A DNA stretch of 64,000 bases, taken from a virus. The stretch covers positions 271,192 through 335,191 of the IMG/VR virus record IMGVR_UViG_3300050821_002957, one strand, 5' to 3'. Below are positions 46,989 through 56,876 of the stretch, piece by piece; within the stretch, counting starts at the first letter, position 1; each line of letters begins with the position of its first letter. The notes beneath the pieces are model-generated. The model was not told the origin of the DNA and made no database searches. It saw only the letters and a program-made list of their open reading frames with translations. A program made the position numbers and the translations under genes.

Positions 46989-47501
46989 ATGCACATTGAC
47001 GATCTCATGGCGATGATTGACGCTGATGTCGGTGTTCCATTGCGCCGTGATCATGTCGAATGGGAATCCAGTAGGACCCAGGCGTTACATCAAAAGTATC
47101 GCAAGATTCTCTATTACGAAAAAGTCGAACTGGATCGAATGAAAGCGGCGATTGATCCGCTACGTAAACTCAAGCGTGACTATTACAGCGGCAAGAGTGA
47201 AAAGCCCTCGCCTCTGAAGCCTGACACCAAACTCAAAATCACTACAGAAGAGACGACGGCATCCAAGCGTGTCATCAAAGACGAACTAAGTTTCTGGGTA
47301 GACTGTGATCCAGATGTCATCGCCGCCCGAGACCTCGTTTCTCAGCAGGCGGAAAAAGTAGAGCTTATCAAAGACACTCTTGACGACATCAGAAAGAGAT
47401 CCTTCAGTTTAAGTACAATTTTGAATTCGCAACGGTTTAAACATGGTCTGGAAAATTTGGGCCAAGTGATTGACATGAGCGATCCTGATTACGAAAGATG
47501 A
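46989..47501 (+). CDS. hypothetical coiled-coil protein
   Basis: 170-aa ORF. Confidence 0.3.
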   Translation: MHIDDLMAMIDADVGVPLRRDHVEWESSRTQALHQKYRKILYYEKVELDRMKAAIDPLRKLKRDYYSGKSEKPSPLKPDTKLKITTEETTASKRVIKDELSFWVDCDPDVIAARDLVSQQAEKVELIKDTLDDIRKRSFSLSTILNSQRFKHGLENLGQVIDMSDPDYER

Positions 47502-47986
47502 CTAGCCCTATGATTGATGTCGAAGAAATATTTGCCGTCTGTGCTCAAGAGTTCCCAGATGTCGAAAAGCGAGTCTTCAGCGAGCCTGATTTTTTAAAGA
47601 ATGACGGCAAATACAATTCTAAAAATGAATGGGAAAGATTATGGGAAACACATCATCATCGTGATGCCGTGGTAGAGCATAAAGAAACGGCAGATAAAAT
47701 TGTGGAGATCAGCACCCATGATATTTTCTTTCGTTCTAACATAGGCAAAGGTTCCAAAGGAGAACAAAAGCGAGCTATTGAACCGTGGAAGTATGCGTAC
47801 AGCTACAAGTCCACATCAAGTAACAAAAAGTATCGGTGTGTCGGCGGTCCTCTCGATGGGAAATATTCGACCATTGGAGCCGACAAAAATTACGTCAGCT
47901 ATAACTGTTCCGCCAATTCTCGTTATGGCAAAAAGAAGTATCCAACCGGAATGCTGATTCATACGAGTTTATTAGGAGTCAAATGA
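47498..47986 (+). CDS. hypothetical protein
   Basis: 162-aa ORF whose start ATGA overlaps the upstream stop. Confidence 0.3.
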   Translation: MTSPMIDVEEIFAVCAQEFPDVEKRVFSEPDFLKNDGKYNSKNEWERLWETHHHRDAVVEHKETADKIVEISTHDIFFRSNIGKGSKGEQKRAIEPWKYAYSYKSTSSNKKYRCVGGPLDGKYSTIGADKNYVSYNCSANSRYGKKKYPTGMLIHTSLLGVK

Positions 47987-48171
47987 AAATACCTGTCAAA
48001 TTGAATAAAGAAAAGCAAGCTAAGTTCGACATATTGGTGGCGCAACTGATTGAAGAAGGATTTGATGTTGCTCTGAACAATCAACAACAAACTGTCACAT
48101 TTTATCTAAATCATACTGACTCGATGTATTCTCTCAATCTACACGCCGATGGAACCTGGACATTAGAATGA
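47983..48171 (+). CDS. small hypothetical protein
   Basis: 62-aa ORF overlapped by 4 nt. Confidence 0.3.
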   Translation: MKIPVKLNKEKQAKFDILVAQLIEEGFDVALNNQQQTVTFYLNHTDSMYSLNLHADGTWTLE

Positions 48172-48374
48172 TCGATCCAGAAGATGTATTTCGAGTTTGC
48201 GCTGAAGAGAGAATCATTCCAACTCTCAATCGTGAACCTGTGTATTTCATTACCGAAGAACTGTTCAAGCATCGAATGGAGTGTGCCAGCTATGGAACAG
48301 ATCGCATACCAGAAGTGACGGATGACGACGTAGAAAAGATGGTGAAACAGTTAATCAAGAAAGGCCAAAAATAG
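48168..48374 (+). CDS. small hypothetical protein
   Basis: 68-aa ORF overlapped by 4 nt. Confidence 0.3.
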   Translation: MIDPEDVFRVCAEERIIPTLNREPVYFITEELFKHRMECASYGTDRIPEVTDDDVEKMVKQLIKKGQK

Positions 48375-48392
48375 TGCCTCTACATAGTATTA

Positions 48393-50069
48393 GTGTCAGA
48401 TATTCTTCACATCTCGAAGGCCAACGAGACCTATATTCGTCTCAAAGCCGACCGTCATATTTTGATGGAGCTTTGGGATCATTTTTCCTATCCACATCCT
48501 AATGCTGCATTCATTCCTGCGTTCAGAGAAAAGCGCTGGGATGGCAAAGTTCGTCTCCTCGATTTACGATCTGGCAAGCTCCCTCTCGGTCTTCATCTCC
48601 TAGTCAAAGAATACTGCGATCAGATGGGATACGAAGTTTCCTATGAGGACCCTATTGACGTAGAAAATCCCTTCTCTGTCGAAGAGTTCCGGCGCATGAT
48701 CGAAGCTCTCAAGCCTTCTACCGAAATCGAAGGCGTCCGGGAGATGATCGTTCCACATGATTTCCAGGAACGTGGCATCATTCATGCGATCCAAGCCAAT
48801 CGATCCCTTCTCTTGAGCGCAACCGCCAGCGGCAAGTCTTTCATGATTTACGTTCTGCTGCGCTATTACCTCGCCAGGACCAAAGGAAAAATTTTGATCA
48901 TTGTTCCGACCACTGCTTTGGTAAGTCAACTTTACGATGATTTTATCGACTATGCCCATTACGTAGATTTCAATGTCGAAGCCAACTGTCACAAGGTCTA
49001 CGATGGCGGCGAGAAGCGTACAGACAAACGTGTGACGATTTCTACGTGGCAGGCGTTAGCAGTGAAGGAGCGCCTCCCTAAAGAGATCCTGGACGAACTG
49101 AAGGCTGAAAAGACACCGGCACAGGTCAAGGCCATCGTCAAGAAGTGGAACAAGCAAGCTCCGTACATTTTGGAAGAAGAGTTCTTTCACGAGTTCAAAG
49201 TGGTCTTCGGCGACGAATGCCACAAATTTTCTTCGCAAGATCCAGGTGGCGGCGGTGAGCTAGAAGAAATCATGTCGAAACTGATCAATGCCCGTTATCG
49301 GATCGGGACGACAGGAACACTCAGGGACGCCAAAATTCATCACATGGTTCTCGAAGGTATTTTCGGCAAGGTCTACAAGGTTGTCACCACCAGAGAATTG
49401 ATCGACCAGAAGAAGGCCGCAGAGCTTTACATCAAGTGTCTACAATTTCAGTATTCAGATGCAGAGCGGAAGATGATGAAGAAAAAATCCTATCCCGAAG
49501 AGATGGAATTTCTTCAGTCACATCAACATCGTAATCGGTTCGTCAGAGATCTCGCTTTGTCGCTGGACGGGAATACATTGGTCCTGTTTGAAAAGATCGA
49601 CAAACACGGCAAAATTTTGTTCGACATGATCAAGGACAACATTGCGCCGGGAAGAAAACTGTTTTTTGTCTATGGAAAAACGCCGACCGAAGATCGCAAT
49701 CAGGTTCGGAAAATCACAGAAGGGGAAAAGGACGCCATTATCGTTGCCTCTTATGGAACGTTTGCCGAAGGCGTAAATATTCGCAACATTAATAGCATCA
49801 TTTTTGCTTCACCGACCAAGGCAAAAGTCCGGGTACTCCAGTCGATTGGTCGTGGCTTACGCCTGTCCCGGAGGAAGACGATGGTGACCCTGTACGATTT
49901 GGCCGACGATCTGTCTATTTGGAACAAAAGTGGAACGATGGTTCATGATAACTATTCGCTCCAGCACTTTACGGAAAGGATCAATTTTTACAACACCGAG
50001 CAGTTCGATTACAAGCTGTACAAATGTTGGTTGGAGCCGAATGAAGTTCAAGGACTATCAGGAACATAA
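48393..50069 (+). CDS. uvsW: UvsW-type SF2 DNA/RNA helicase
   Basis: It is alignable by eye to T4 UvsW: RWDGKVRLLD, Walker A SATASGKS, KILIIVPTTAL, Walker B DECH, plus helicase C motifs. Confidence 0.85.
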   Translation: MSDILHISKANETYIRLKADRHILMELWDHFSYPHPNAAFIPAFREKRWDGKVRLLDLRSGKLPLGLHLLVKEYCDQMGYEVSYEDPIDVENPFSVEEFRRMIEALKPSTEIEGVREMIVPHDFQERGIIHAIQANRSLLLSATASGKSFMIYVLLRYYLARTKGKILIIVPTTALVSQLYDDFIDYAHYVDFNVEANCHKVYDGGEKRTDKRVTISTWQALAVKERLPKEILDELKAEKTPAQVKAIVKKWNKQAPYILEEEFFHEFKVVFGDECHKFSSQDPGGGGELEEIMSKLINARYRIGTTGTLRDAKIHHMVLEGIFGKVYKVVTTRELIDQKKAAELYIKCLQFQYSDAERKMMKKKSYPEEMEFLQSHQHRNRFVRDLALSLDGNTLVLFEKIDKHGKILFDMIKDNIAPGRKLFFVYGKTPTEDRNQVRKITEGEKDAIIVASYGTFAEGVNIRNINSIIFASPTKAKVRVLQSIGRGLRLSRRKTMVTLYDLADDLSIWNKSGTMVHDNYSLQHFTERINFYNTEQFDYKLYKCWLEPNEVQGLSGT

Positions 50070-50508
50070 AGAGGAAATCTCAATCCGATTGATAAAGTTG
50101 GTAAGCGGCGAAAGCATCATCTGTCGAGCGCCGGAATGTGAAGGATCGCTGCTGACGATTTTCTGTCCAATGCAGGTGACCGAGATCAGTACGACGGACC
50201 TTTCGACCAATGAAAGCATCTATCTGATGACGCCCTGGATTCCGTTCGCTGTCGATCAGACATTGCAACTAAATAAAACCACCATCATGCTGCTTACGGA
50301 AGTGCATGAAGATATGGCGCAAGCGTACCTGGAGCGGGTCGATGTATTTGTGAATGGAGGAGAAGAAGAAACAGAAGAACCGCAGAGAGTGCTAAAAGAA
50401 CGTCGGCTTTGCAAACATCAGCGATCTACCAGTATGGATGCGGATGAAGAAACGGAGCCGCCAACGAACCAAAAAGCACGATCCCGAAGAAAATCAAAAT
50501 CAACTTGA
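50041..50508 (+). CDS. hypothetical protein (position of UvsW.1-like ORFs)
   Basis: The ORF overlaps the uvsW 3' end by 29 nt and has an acidic, then basic C-terminal tail. Confidence 0.3.
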   Translation: MKFKDYQEHKEEISIRLIKLVSGESIICRAPECEGSLLTIFCPMQVTEISTTDLSTNESIYLMTPWIPFAVDQTLQLNKTTIMLLTEVHEDMAQAYLERVDVFVNGGEEETEEPQRVLKERRLCKHQRSTSMDADEETEPPTNQKARSRRKSKST

Positions 50509-50644
50509 TGATCAGGATCGCCACAAGGACTTTGACCATAAACCAGACGAATTTGGTGATGCCAACTGCGCCTTTGGCGGCAAGATAGATCACCGCAATT
50601 AGTATCAAAAGAAAGAAAAAAGGCATACGAGCACACAGTACCAT
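50426..50644 (-). CDS. small hydrophobic membrane protein
   Basis: 72 aa made almost entirely of TM segments. It is antisense to the neighbouring genes. Confidence 0.25.
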   Translation of the reverse strand: MVLCARMPFFFLLILIAVIYLAAKGAVGITKFVWFMVKVLVAILIIKLILIFFGIVLFGSLAAPFLHPHPYW

Positions 50645-50768
50645 GTTTAGATGTAGATGTCAAGTTGACAGATCCAGAAAGCATGGTGAAATAGACACAT
50701 GACGGCACAGCACCAGTTTCAGCAAAAGCGTGGTTCCAGGCCGTTAAATTTGGAGAACCACAGAAAGG

Positions 50769-51437
50769 ATGACAGATACCAAAGAACTAGAAATTACGCC
50801 ACCCAAAAAGGCTACGACTCACTACGTTGACAACAAGAAATTATTTGCTGCACTAGTCGAATGGCAGAAGGATTTAAAGCGAGCGCACCGGAAGAAAGAA
50901 CCGAAGCCGCAACTTCCCGAATACGTCGCCGAGTGCATGATGAAGATGGCGAATCGACTTTCTCAGAAGGCCGGATTCGTGAACTATACGTATCGAGAAG
51001 ACATGGTAGGCGATGCCCTCGAATCATGTCTACGTTATATTCACAATTTCAATCCTGCAAAAAGTAACAACGCCTTTGCTTACATTACGCAAATTATTCA
51101 TAATGCATTTATTAGGAGAATCCAGAAAGAACAGAAGCAGCTTTACGTCAAAATGCGTATTGTAGACGATGCTGACTTCGTAGGTTCGTATGAAAGGCAG
51201 GAAGGAGACTCGACACAGTACAACAACTCTTATGTGACTTATCTACAGGAAAATAAGGGCGACGTGATTTCCAAATTTGAAAGTTGGAAAGAGTCGAAGA
51301 AGACCAAGGCAAATGCAAAGAAGAAAGAGGCAAAGCTGCTGGCTGGATTGTTTGTCGAAGAAGAGCCAGATGCAGCGGTTGTCGTGACAGTTACACCGAA
51401 AAAGAAAAAAGCGAAGGTAGCAAAGGCAAAGAAATGA
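50769..51437 (+). CDS. 55: late-transcription sigma factor gp55
   Basis: It is alignable to T4 gp55: YVDNKKLFAALVEWQ, LHNFNP and AFAYITQIIHNAFIRRIQKEQK. Confidence 0.8.
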   Translation: MTDTKELEITPPKKATTHYVDNKKLFAALVEWQKDLKRAHRKKEPKPQLPEYVAECMMKMANRLSQKAGFVNYTYREDMVGDALESCLRYIHNFNPAKSNNAFAYITQIIHNAFIRRIQKEQKQLYVKMRIVDDADFVGSYERQEGDSTQYNNSYVTYLQENKGDVISKFESWKESKKTKANAKKKEAKLLAGLFVEEEPDAAVVVTVTPKKKKAKVAKAKK

Positions 51438-51709
51438 TCACAATTGATTACATCATCAGCGATATTGAAAGGCAGGACGGAAAGGTTTTGTTGTGGTTGA
51501 CACGTCCGTTCGGGCCGATCCCAGAAGAACAAGCGGGAGATCTGAAGGAAGGCGACGAGATGACCATTAACATTGCATTCCCCGGCGACATTCCACCAGA
51601 TGCACCCACTGACGAAAACCAATTGAATTTGTTCGACGGGCATGAAGTTGTAAGCGACAATGGTGAGACTGTCCTAAGGGAAGAATGCGAACATGGAATT
51701 TACTCCTGA
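51434..51709 (+). CDS. small hypothetical protein
   Basis: Its start ATGA overlaps the gp55 stop. Confidence 0.3.
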   Translation: MITIDYIISDIERQDGKVLLWLTRPFGPIPEEQAGDLKEGDEMTINIAFPGDIPPDAPTDENQLNLFDGHEVVSDNGETVLREECEHGIYS

Positions 51710-52283
51710 GTTTATTGCAGCAGCGAAGAAGGCGGCAAAAGAGACTGCCGACAGTTTCACTCTTCTTAATGCACCAAAGGCCGATCCGTTGGCTTTATTT
51801 CCTTCTGAAAACGAAGTATCTGAAGAAGAAGAAAAAGTACTGGCAATCATCAAAGAGATAGAACAAGTACCGAGTGCTTACGACAGGATAAATCATCGGC
51901 GACTAATCAACTCGATCACAGAGTTTGTTCGACACGCTTTAATAGAGTCATTGTTTGAATATCCAGAAGATATTCCGCCGTTTGTAACTCGTATGATCGG
52001 TCTTTATCTTGATCATCTTCAAGAAAAGGAATCAATAGAAAGCTATTCGGTAGTCTGTGACACACGAAACAACACCGATGGAGTATATGACACGACCGAA
52101 TTGGTGGTCGATGTCTACATTACGCCGACCAAGGCGATGGAATACATTCAACTCAATTTTGTTCTGACCGAAAAGGGTGTTGGATTTGATGAAGTCACCG
52201 GATCGTTTGACAGCGAATCTGATGGTTCTGAATATGACAACGGTCTAGATTGGCCGAATGATTTTTGTCCCGAATACGAATGA
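51693..52283 (+). CDS. acidic hypothetical protein
   Basis: 196-aa ORF. Confidence 0.3.
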   Translation: MEFTPEFIAAAKKAAKETADSFTLLNAPKADPLALFPSENEVSEEEEKVLAIIKEIEQVPSAYDRINHRRLINSITEFVRHALIESLFEYPEDIPPFVTRMIGLYLDHLQEKESIESYSVVCDTRNNTDGVYDTTELVVDVYITPTKAMEYIQLNFVLTEKGVGFDEVTGSFDSESDGSEYDNGLDWPNDFCPEYE

Positions 52284-52618
52284 CTTCCGATAACGACCAA
52301 TACGAAGTAACAGCAGTCAGTGATCATAGACGATGCTTCTCGAAGTTCATCTTTGACATGACGAACGTCGAAGGCTCTCCCGGCATCGGCTGCACCTGCA
52401 AGACAGACACAATAGAGACACGAATTGTCGGTACACAGTCATATCGTAACTGGCAATTCCCAAAGGGCCGCAACCCGTTCAAGGTTGGTCAGATTGTCAC
52501 ACTTGAAAATTTGAAGACTGGTCGAACCACCGGAGCCATTCAAGAAGCTGAGGCGAAGTTAGCAGAACGCCGCAAGAAAATACAACAGGATAAGGAAGCT
52601 GAGAAAGGGAAGTCATGA
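52265..52618 (+). CDS. hypothetical protein
   Basis: 117-aa ORF. Confidence 0.3.
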   Translation: MSRIRMTSDNDQYEVTAVSDHRRCFSKFIFDMTNVEGSPGIGCTCKTDTIETRIVGTQSYRNWQFPKGRNPFKVGQIVTLENLKTGRTTGAIQEAEAKLAERRKKIQQDKEAEKGKS

Positions 52619-52953
52619 CAAGAGAACTGAGAAGGAAGTTGATAAAGGCAGCACATGAGAAGTATGTGGCAGCACGCTCTGAGTTATACAGAAAATGTCA
52701 TGAAGAACTGATGGCAATTAAGGACGAAATTTACGCTCCGCTTGACCTTATAGAAATCGATGATAAGCTGGTTTTGAGCAGGAAGCCCACCCGATGGCGT
52801 AGTAACGGTAATGATGACATCTGCAACATAGGAGAACTATGTCTACGTCATCATCAAGAGCCGAAGAACTGCGAGAGGCTTACGAATTACTCTCTCAACA
52901 CGCCCGATTTAGCAAGAAATTCTTCACTGATCAATACACAAAATTTGGCATGA
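52615..52953 (+). CDS. hypothetical protein
   Basis: 112-aa ORF. Confidence 0.3.
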   Translation: MTRELRRKLIKAAHEKYVAARSELYRKCHEELMAIKDEIYAPLDLIEIDDKLVLSRKPTRWRSNGNDDICNIGELCLRHHQEPKNCERLTNYSLNTPDLARNSSLINTQNLA

Positions 52954-52987
52954 GAGGCATCAGACAGTTGATTGCTTTACTTGTGTT

Positions 52988-53602
52988 ATGAATTACCACA
53001 TGAACAGAGTGAAGGCTGTTGAAAAAGGAGAGCACTGTTACGAGGGCAACCCTTGTAAATACGGACACACACTCAAAAGTATTGGGAAGCGGGATCGTTG
53101 TATCCCATGCAGGCAAAAGGATGAAAAACAACGAAACTCCACTGAGAAAGCTCGTAAACGAAGAAGTGAGGCCCAACGTCGATTCCGACGAACTGAACAC
53201 GGCCAAGTCTATTTCAAAATCCTAGAGAAATCATTAGAACGTCGTGAAAGAAAACGGGCAAGAGAACAAACCGCCGACAGTAGAGAGAAGAAACGCCATT
53301 ATCACAGAAAAGCAAAATACGGTATTGATCGACAAAATTTTGAGATGTGGTTAGCAATTCAAGAACATGTATGTCCAATTTGTCGGGAACCCTTGTATGA
53401 GGGTGTAACCGGAAGTGAGCAGTTGTGTGTAGATCATGATCACAATTGTTGTCCAGGAAATCATACTTGTGGAAAATGTGTTCGTGGATTTTTGCATCGA
53501 CGCTGTAATACTCTTTTGGGATTGACAGAAAAATATCCAGGAACATGGAGTGAAAACACTAGGCGATATTTGACTAGCAAAGGGATGGGTAGAATTATAT
53601 GA
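52988..53602 (+). CDS. Endonuclease-VII-family (T4 gp49-like) nuclease, probably a homing endonuclease
   Basis: It has an N-terminal Cys cluster, then CPICREPL...LCVDHDHNCC...CGKCVRGFLHRRCN. A basic KR-rich linker is present. Confidence 0.6.
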   Translation: MNYHMNRVKAVEKGEHCYEGNPCKYGHTLKSIGKRDRCIPCRQKDEKQRNSTEKARKRRSEAQRRFRRTEHGQVYFKILEKSLERRERKRAREQTADSREKKRHYHRKAKYGIDRQNFEMWLAIQEHVCPICREPLYEGVTGSEQLCVDHDHNCCPGNHTCGKCVRGFLHRRCNTLLGLTEKYPGTWSENTRRYLTSKGMGRII

Positions 53603-54261
53603 CCTATCGTTGTTATCTCATCACGAATACAGTGAATCGCAAGCAATACGTCGGGTACACCAAGTATTCACTCATCACTCGTCTAACGGCACACTTTTCT
53701 AAAGCTAAGACTGGTAGCCCCTCGACACTTCATGCAGCGATGCGGAAGTATGGCCGGGAGTCATTCAAGATTGAATTACTGTCCTTATCTAGAAGTCTTG
53801 ATAGAGTAAGGTTCCGTGAACGGGGTTGGATCAAGACTTATAATACTTTCGACCAAGGATATAACATGTCCATTGGTGGAGAAACGTCGGCTCCTTCCAC
53901 TAAAGTCTATTCTGAAGTGCGTCGTCAAAAAATAGCTGCTAGAACGAAAGCATATTGGGCATCAGAAGAAGGTCAAGCAAAACGAAGGCGTCTCCAAATA
54001 CGAAATAGACGTATTCAATCTAATCGGATGAAGGTTCGTTGGGCAAATCCTACTGAAGCTCAACTGAAGGCACGTCGTCCAGGCCGACCCAAAGGTTCAA
54101 AAAACATCTGGCCGCTTCCATTTAAGTGCAAGCCAGTACAACACAACGATAAAATTTACAACAGCGCCAAAGAAGCCGCCGTAGAGTTTGGAGTAGTCGT
54201 TAGGACAATCCATGCTTGGTGTGCGGCCCATAAGAATGGCTGGAGACATCCTTGGAAATAG
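53599..54261 (+). CDS. GIY-YIG homing endonuclease
   Basis: Motifs YRCYLITNTVNRKQYVGYT...R...YNMSIGGE are present, with a basic C-terminal region. Confidence 0.75.
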   Translation: MTYRCYLITNTVNRKQYVGYTKYSLITRLTAHFSKAKTGSPSTLHAAMRKYGRESFKIELLSLSRSLDRVRFRERGWIKTYNTFDQGYNMSIGGETSAPSTKVYSEVRRQKIAARTKAYWASEEGQAKRRRLQIRNRRIQSNRMKVRWANPTEAQLKARRPGRPKGSKNIWPLPFKCKPVQHNDKIYNSAKEAAVEFGVVVRTIHAWCAAHKNGWRHPWK

Positions 54262-55346
54262 CATTGATCGGAGACACACACGCAGGGCATAAGAACGATA
54301 GCCTTCTGTTTCAGGACTACTTCAAGCGCTTTTACGATCAGGTGTTTTTTCCTGAATTGGAAAAGCGTAGTATCTCAACCATTATCCATGTGGGGGACGT
54401 ATTTGACCGCCGTAAGTATGTCAATTTTCATATTCTTCAGCGAACGAGAGTTGATTTCTTGGAAAAATTGGCCGACTACGATACCCATTTCCTTTGTGGG
54501 AATCATGACGTTTATTTTAGGGACTCCAATGAGACAAATGCCTTAAGAGAGCTTGTCTATGGACGCTATTCTAAGATTCACATCTACGAAGAGCCACAGG
54601 AGCTTGTCATTGATGGTCTAAAAATCCTGCTTATGCCGTGGCTCAATCCTACGAACATGGACACTGGTCTCAGCATGATCGAACGTAGCACTGCATCGGT
54701 TTTGATGGGTCATTTAGAAATTGCTGGGTTCAAATTTGATCAGACTCAGGTGTGTGAGCATGGAATGGACAAGAACATTTTCGGCAAATTCAAGAAGGTG
54801 TTTTCCGGTCACTTCCATCATGCCTCAGAAGAAGGTCCGATCCGTTATCTTGGTGCGCCCTACGAATACACCTTTGCAGATCTGAACGATCCCAAAGGCT
54901 TCTACATCTTTGACACCGATACTTTAGAGCTTGAGTTCATTCAGAATCCAGAGCGAATGTTCTATCGAGTGATCTATGACGACCGGGAAGAAGATGCCGC
55001 CGAGAAGTTGCTGGGAATGGACTTCAGTGAGTTTGAAGGCAAGATGGTTCGGATCATTGTGCCATACAAGAACAATCCGGTCCTGTACGAGCAGTGGATC
55101 GACAAGCTGATTCAGAACAATCCATCTGAGTGGTCCATCAAGGAACAACTGTCTCTTGAAGTGGATGGCGAAATCGAAGAGATGATGTTCGAGGAATTCA
55201 AGGTTGAAGGTGGTCAGGTCGTTCATGGCGGCACCGCTGAGATCCTGGACAAGTACATTGATGCTCTAGAAACCGATGTGAATAAAGACCGGCTTAAGGG
55301 TGTGCTGAGAGAATTGTTGGTCGAGGCTACGGCGTCTGTAAGTTGA
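54252..55346 (+). CDS. 47: recombination endonuclease subunit gp47 (Mre11/SbcD-like)
   Basis: It carries the T4 gp47-like motifs IGDTHAG, HVGDVFD, GNHD, SGHFH and DLNDPKGFYIFDTDT. Confidence 0.85.
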   Translation: MEIALIGDTHAGHKNDSLLFQDYFKRFYDQVFFPELEKRSISTIIHVGDVFDRRKYVNFHILQRTRVDFLEKLADYDTHFLCGNHDVYFRDSNETNALRELVYGRYSKIHIYEEPQELVIDGLKILLMPWLNPTNMDTGLSMIERSTASVLMGHLEIAGFKFDQTQVCEHGMDKNIFGKFKKVFSGHFHHASEEGPIRYLGAPYEYTFADLNDPKGFYIFDTDTLELEFIQNPERMFYRVIYDDREEDAAEKLLGMDFSEFEGKMVRIIVPYKNNPVLYEQWIDKLIQNNPSEWSIKEQLSLEVDGEIEEMMFEEFKVEGGQVVHGGTAEILDKYIDALETDVNKDRLKGVLRELLVEATASVS

Positions 55347-55376
55347 CAAAAACCTGCTCCGTGGTGTAATAGGTCT

Positions 55377-55634
55377 ATGAGTAAGATGCCTGACGTGCTC
55401 CGGGAATTTTTGTGGTCTTTGACAGAAGCCGAAGCGAACGAAATTCTGGACTGGATGGCAGCTACTCCACAGGTTGCACGAGGCAGTCAAATCACGGATA
55501 TTGTGTACCGAGAGCCGATCAAGCAGGTTACGCAAGTGAATTATCCATATGTGCCTGTCGCCGACCCATACTACAGTCATGAGTGTGTTCAGTGTTGGTT
55601 GCCGAAGTACTTGTGCATGTGTCCAGGAAAATAA
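55377..55634 (+). CDS. small hypothetical protein
   Basis: 85-aa ORF. Confidence 0.3.
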   Translation: MSKMPDVLREFLWSLTEAEANEILDWMAATPQVARGSQITDIVYREPIKQVTQVNYPYVPVADPYYSHECVQCWLPKYLCMCPGK

Positions 55635-55635
55635 T

Positions 55636-56076
55636 ATGAGTCATCAAACATACGTCGCCGGGTTCCTCTTCGACAGCACCTATGAGCACGTCGCCCTGAT
55701 CAAAAAAGAGAAACCAGCATGGCAGAAGGGAAAGTTGAATGGTATCGGCGGAAAGATTGAGCCGGGTGAAACTTCTATTGATGCCATGCGCCGAGAGTTC
55801 AGGGAAGAGACCGGAGTTGACATTCAAGAATGGAACCAATACATTCAACTTTCGGGTGATGAATTTGCTGTCGAATTCTTTTACGCCATCGGTGATCCTT
55901 TCCTAGTCCAGACGACTACGGAAGAAGTGGTGAACGTCTATGCCACCGGCTACTTGCCTCAGCTTGATACTATTCCAAATTTGCAGTGGCTCATCCCAAT
56001 GGCAATGACGATGGAATTTGAATCGGCTGGAAAGTTTTTGATGAAAGAGATCCCAAAAGTCCAGGTAGGAAATTAA
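55636..56076 (+). CDS. Nudix hydrolase
   Basis: The Nudix box is GGKIEPGETSIDAMRREFREETGV. The ATG was chosen at 55636. Confidence 0.7.
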   Translation: MSHQTYVAGFLFDSTYEHVALIKKEKPAWQKGKLNGIGGKIEPGETSIDAMRREFREETGVDIQEWNQYIQLSGDEFAVEFFYAIGDPFLVQTTTEEVVNVYATGYLPQLDTIPNLQWLIPMAMTMEFESAGKFLMKEIPKVQVGN

Positions 56077-56438
56077 TATGGAATGTAAACACACCGACGA
56101 ACACATTTGCGACTGTCCGTGTCATGCGACGACTGAGACCGGCGAACCAGCCGTCCTCCACATGATCCCTTGCTGTGACATCTGTAGCGTCTGCAAGCGG
56201 TACATCGACCAGTACAAGAGCGTATCCATCAACGCATGAGAACATTCCGAGTGCGGGGAGATCGCAAAGACTGTACGTATGATTTATGGAAGCACCTGCC
56301 TATTAACGATGGTGACACATTACAATTTGATGATGGTGACTCTCAATTTATAGCTGGCTATGGCTGGAAGTTCACACCAATAAATCGTAATTTTGTAGTT
56401 TCGGTTCCGTTTCACATCATCCAACAACTTCAACAACA

Positions 56439-56876
56439 ATGACAATGCGCCGATGCCCTGCATGTAAACAGGATAAAGAAGATACGTTGGATAACTTTTA
56501 TAAGAGAACTGGAACGAGTAGAGTACATACCTACTGTAAACCATGTTATGCAGCGAGAGGAGTGGCTTATAGAAAGACAGTCAAAGACACCCCGGAGTTT
56601 AAATCGAAACGCAGATTTGAGCAAAGAAAACGTAGGATGGGAATCGATAAAGATACTTTTTGGAAGATGTTTGAATTTCAATCGGGTATTTGTCCTATAT
56701 GTAAATTATCGTTAGAAGAAGGTACAGGAAAGGTTCATGTAGATCATGATCACAAGACTGGGAAAATACGAGATTTATTGTGTCGCCGATGCAATATCAT
56801 GATAGGGTTGGCACAAGACAATCGTGAAATTCTAGCGGCAGCGATTCGATATTTGGAGAAACATGATTGTATTTAA
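56439..56876 (+). CDS. Endonuclease-VII-family nuclease (second copy), probably a homing endonuclease between genes 47 and 46
   Basis: It carries CPACKQ...CKPCY...CPICKLSL...VHVDHDHKTG...LCRRCN. Confidence 0.6.
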   Translation: MTMRRCPACKQDKEDTLDNFYKRTGTSRVHTYCKPCYAARGVAYRKTVKDTPEFKSKRRFEQRKRRMGIDKDTFWKMFEFQSGICPICKLSLEEGTGKVHVDHDHKTGKIRDLLCRRCNIMIGLAQDNREILAAAIRYLEKHDCI

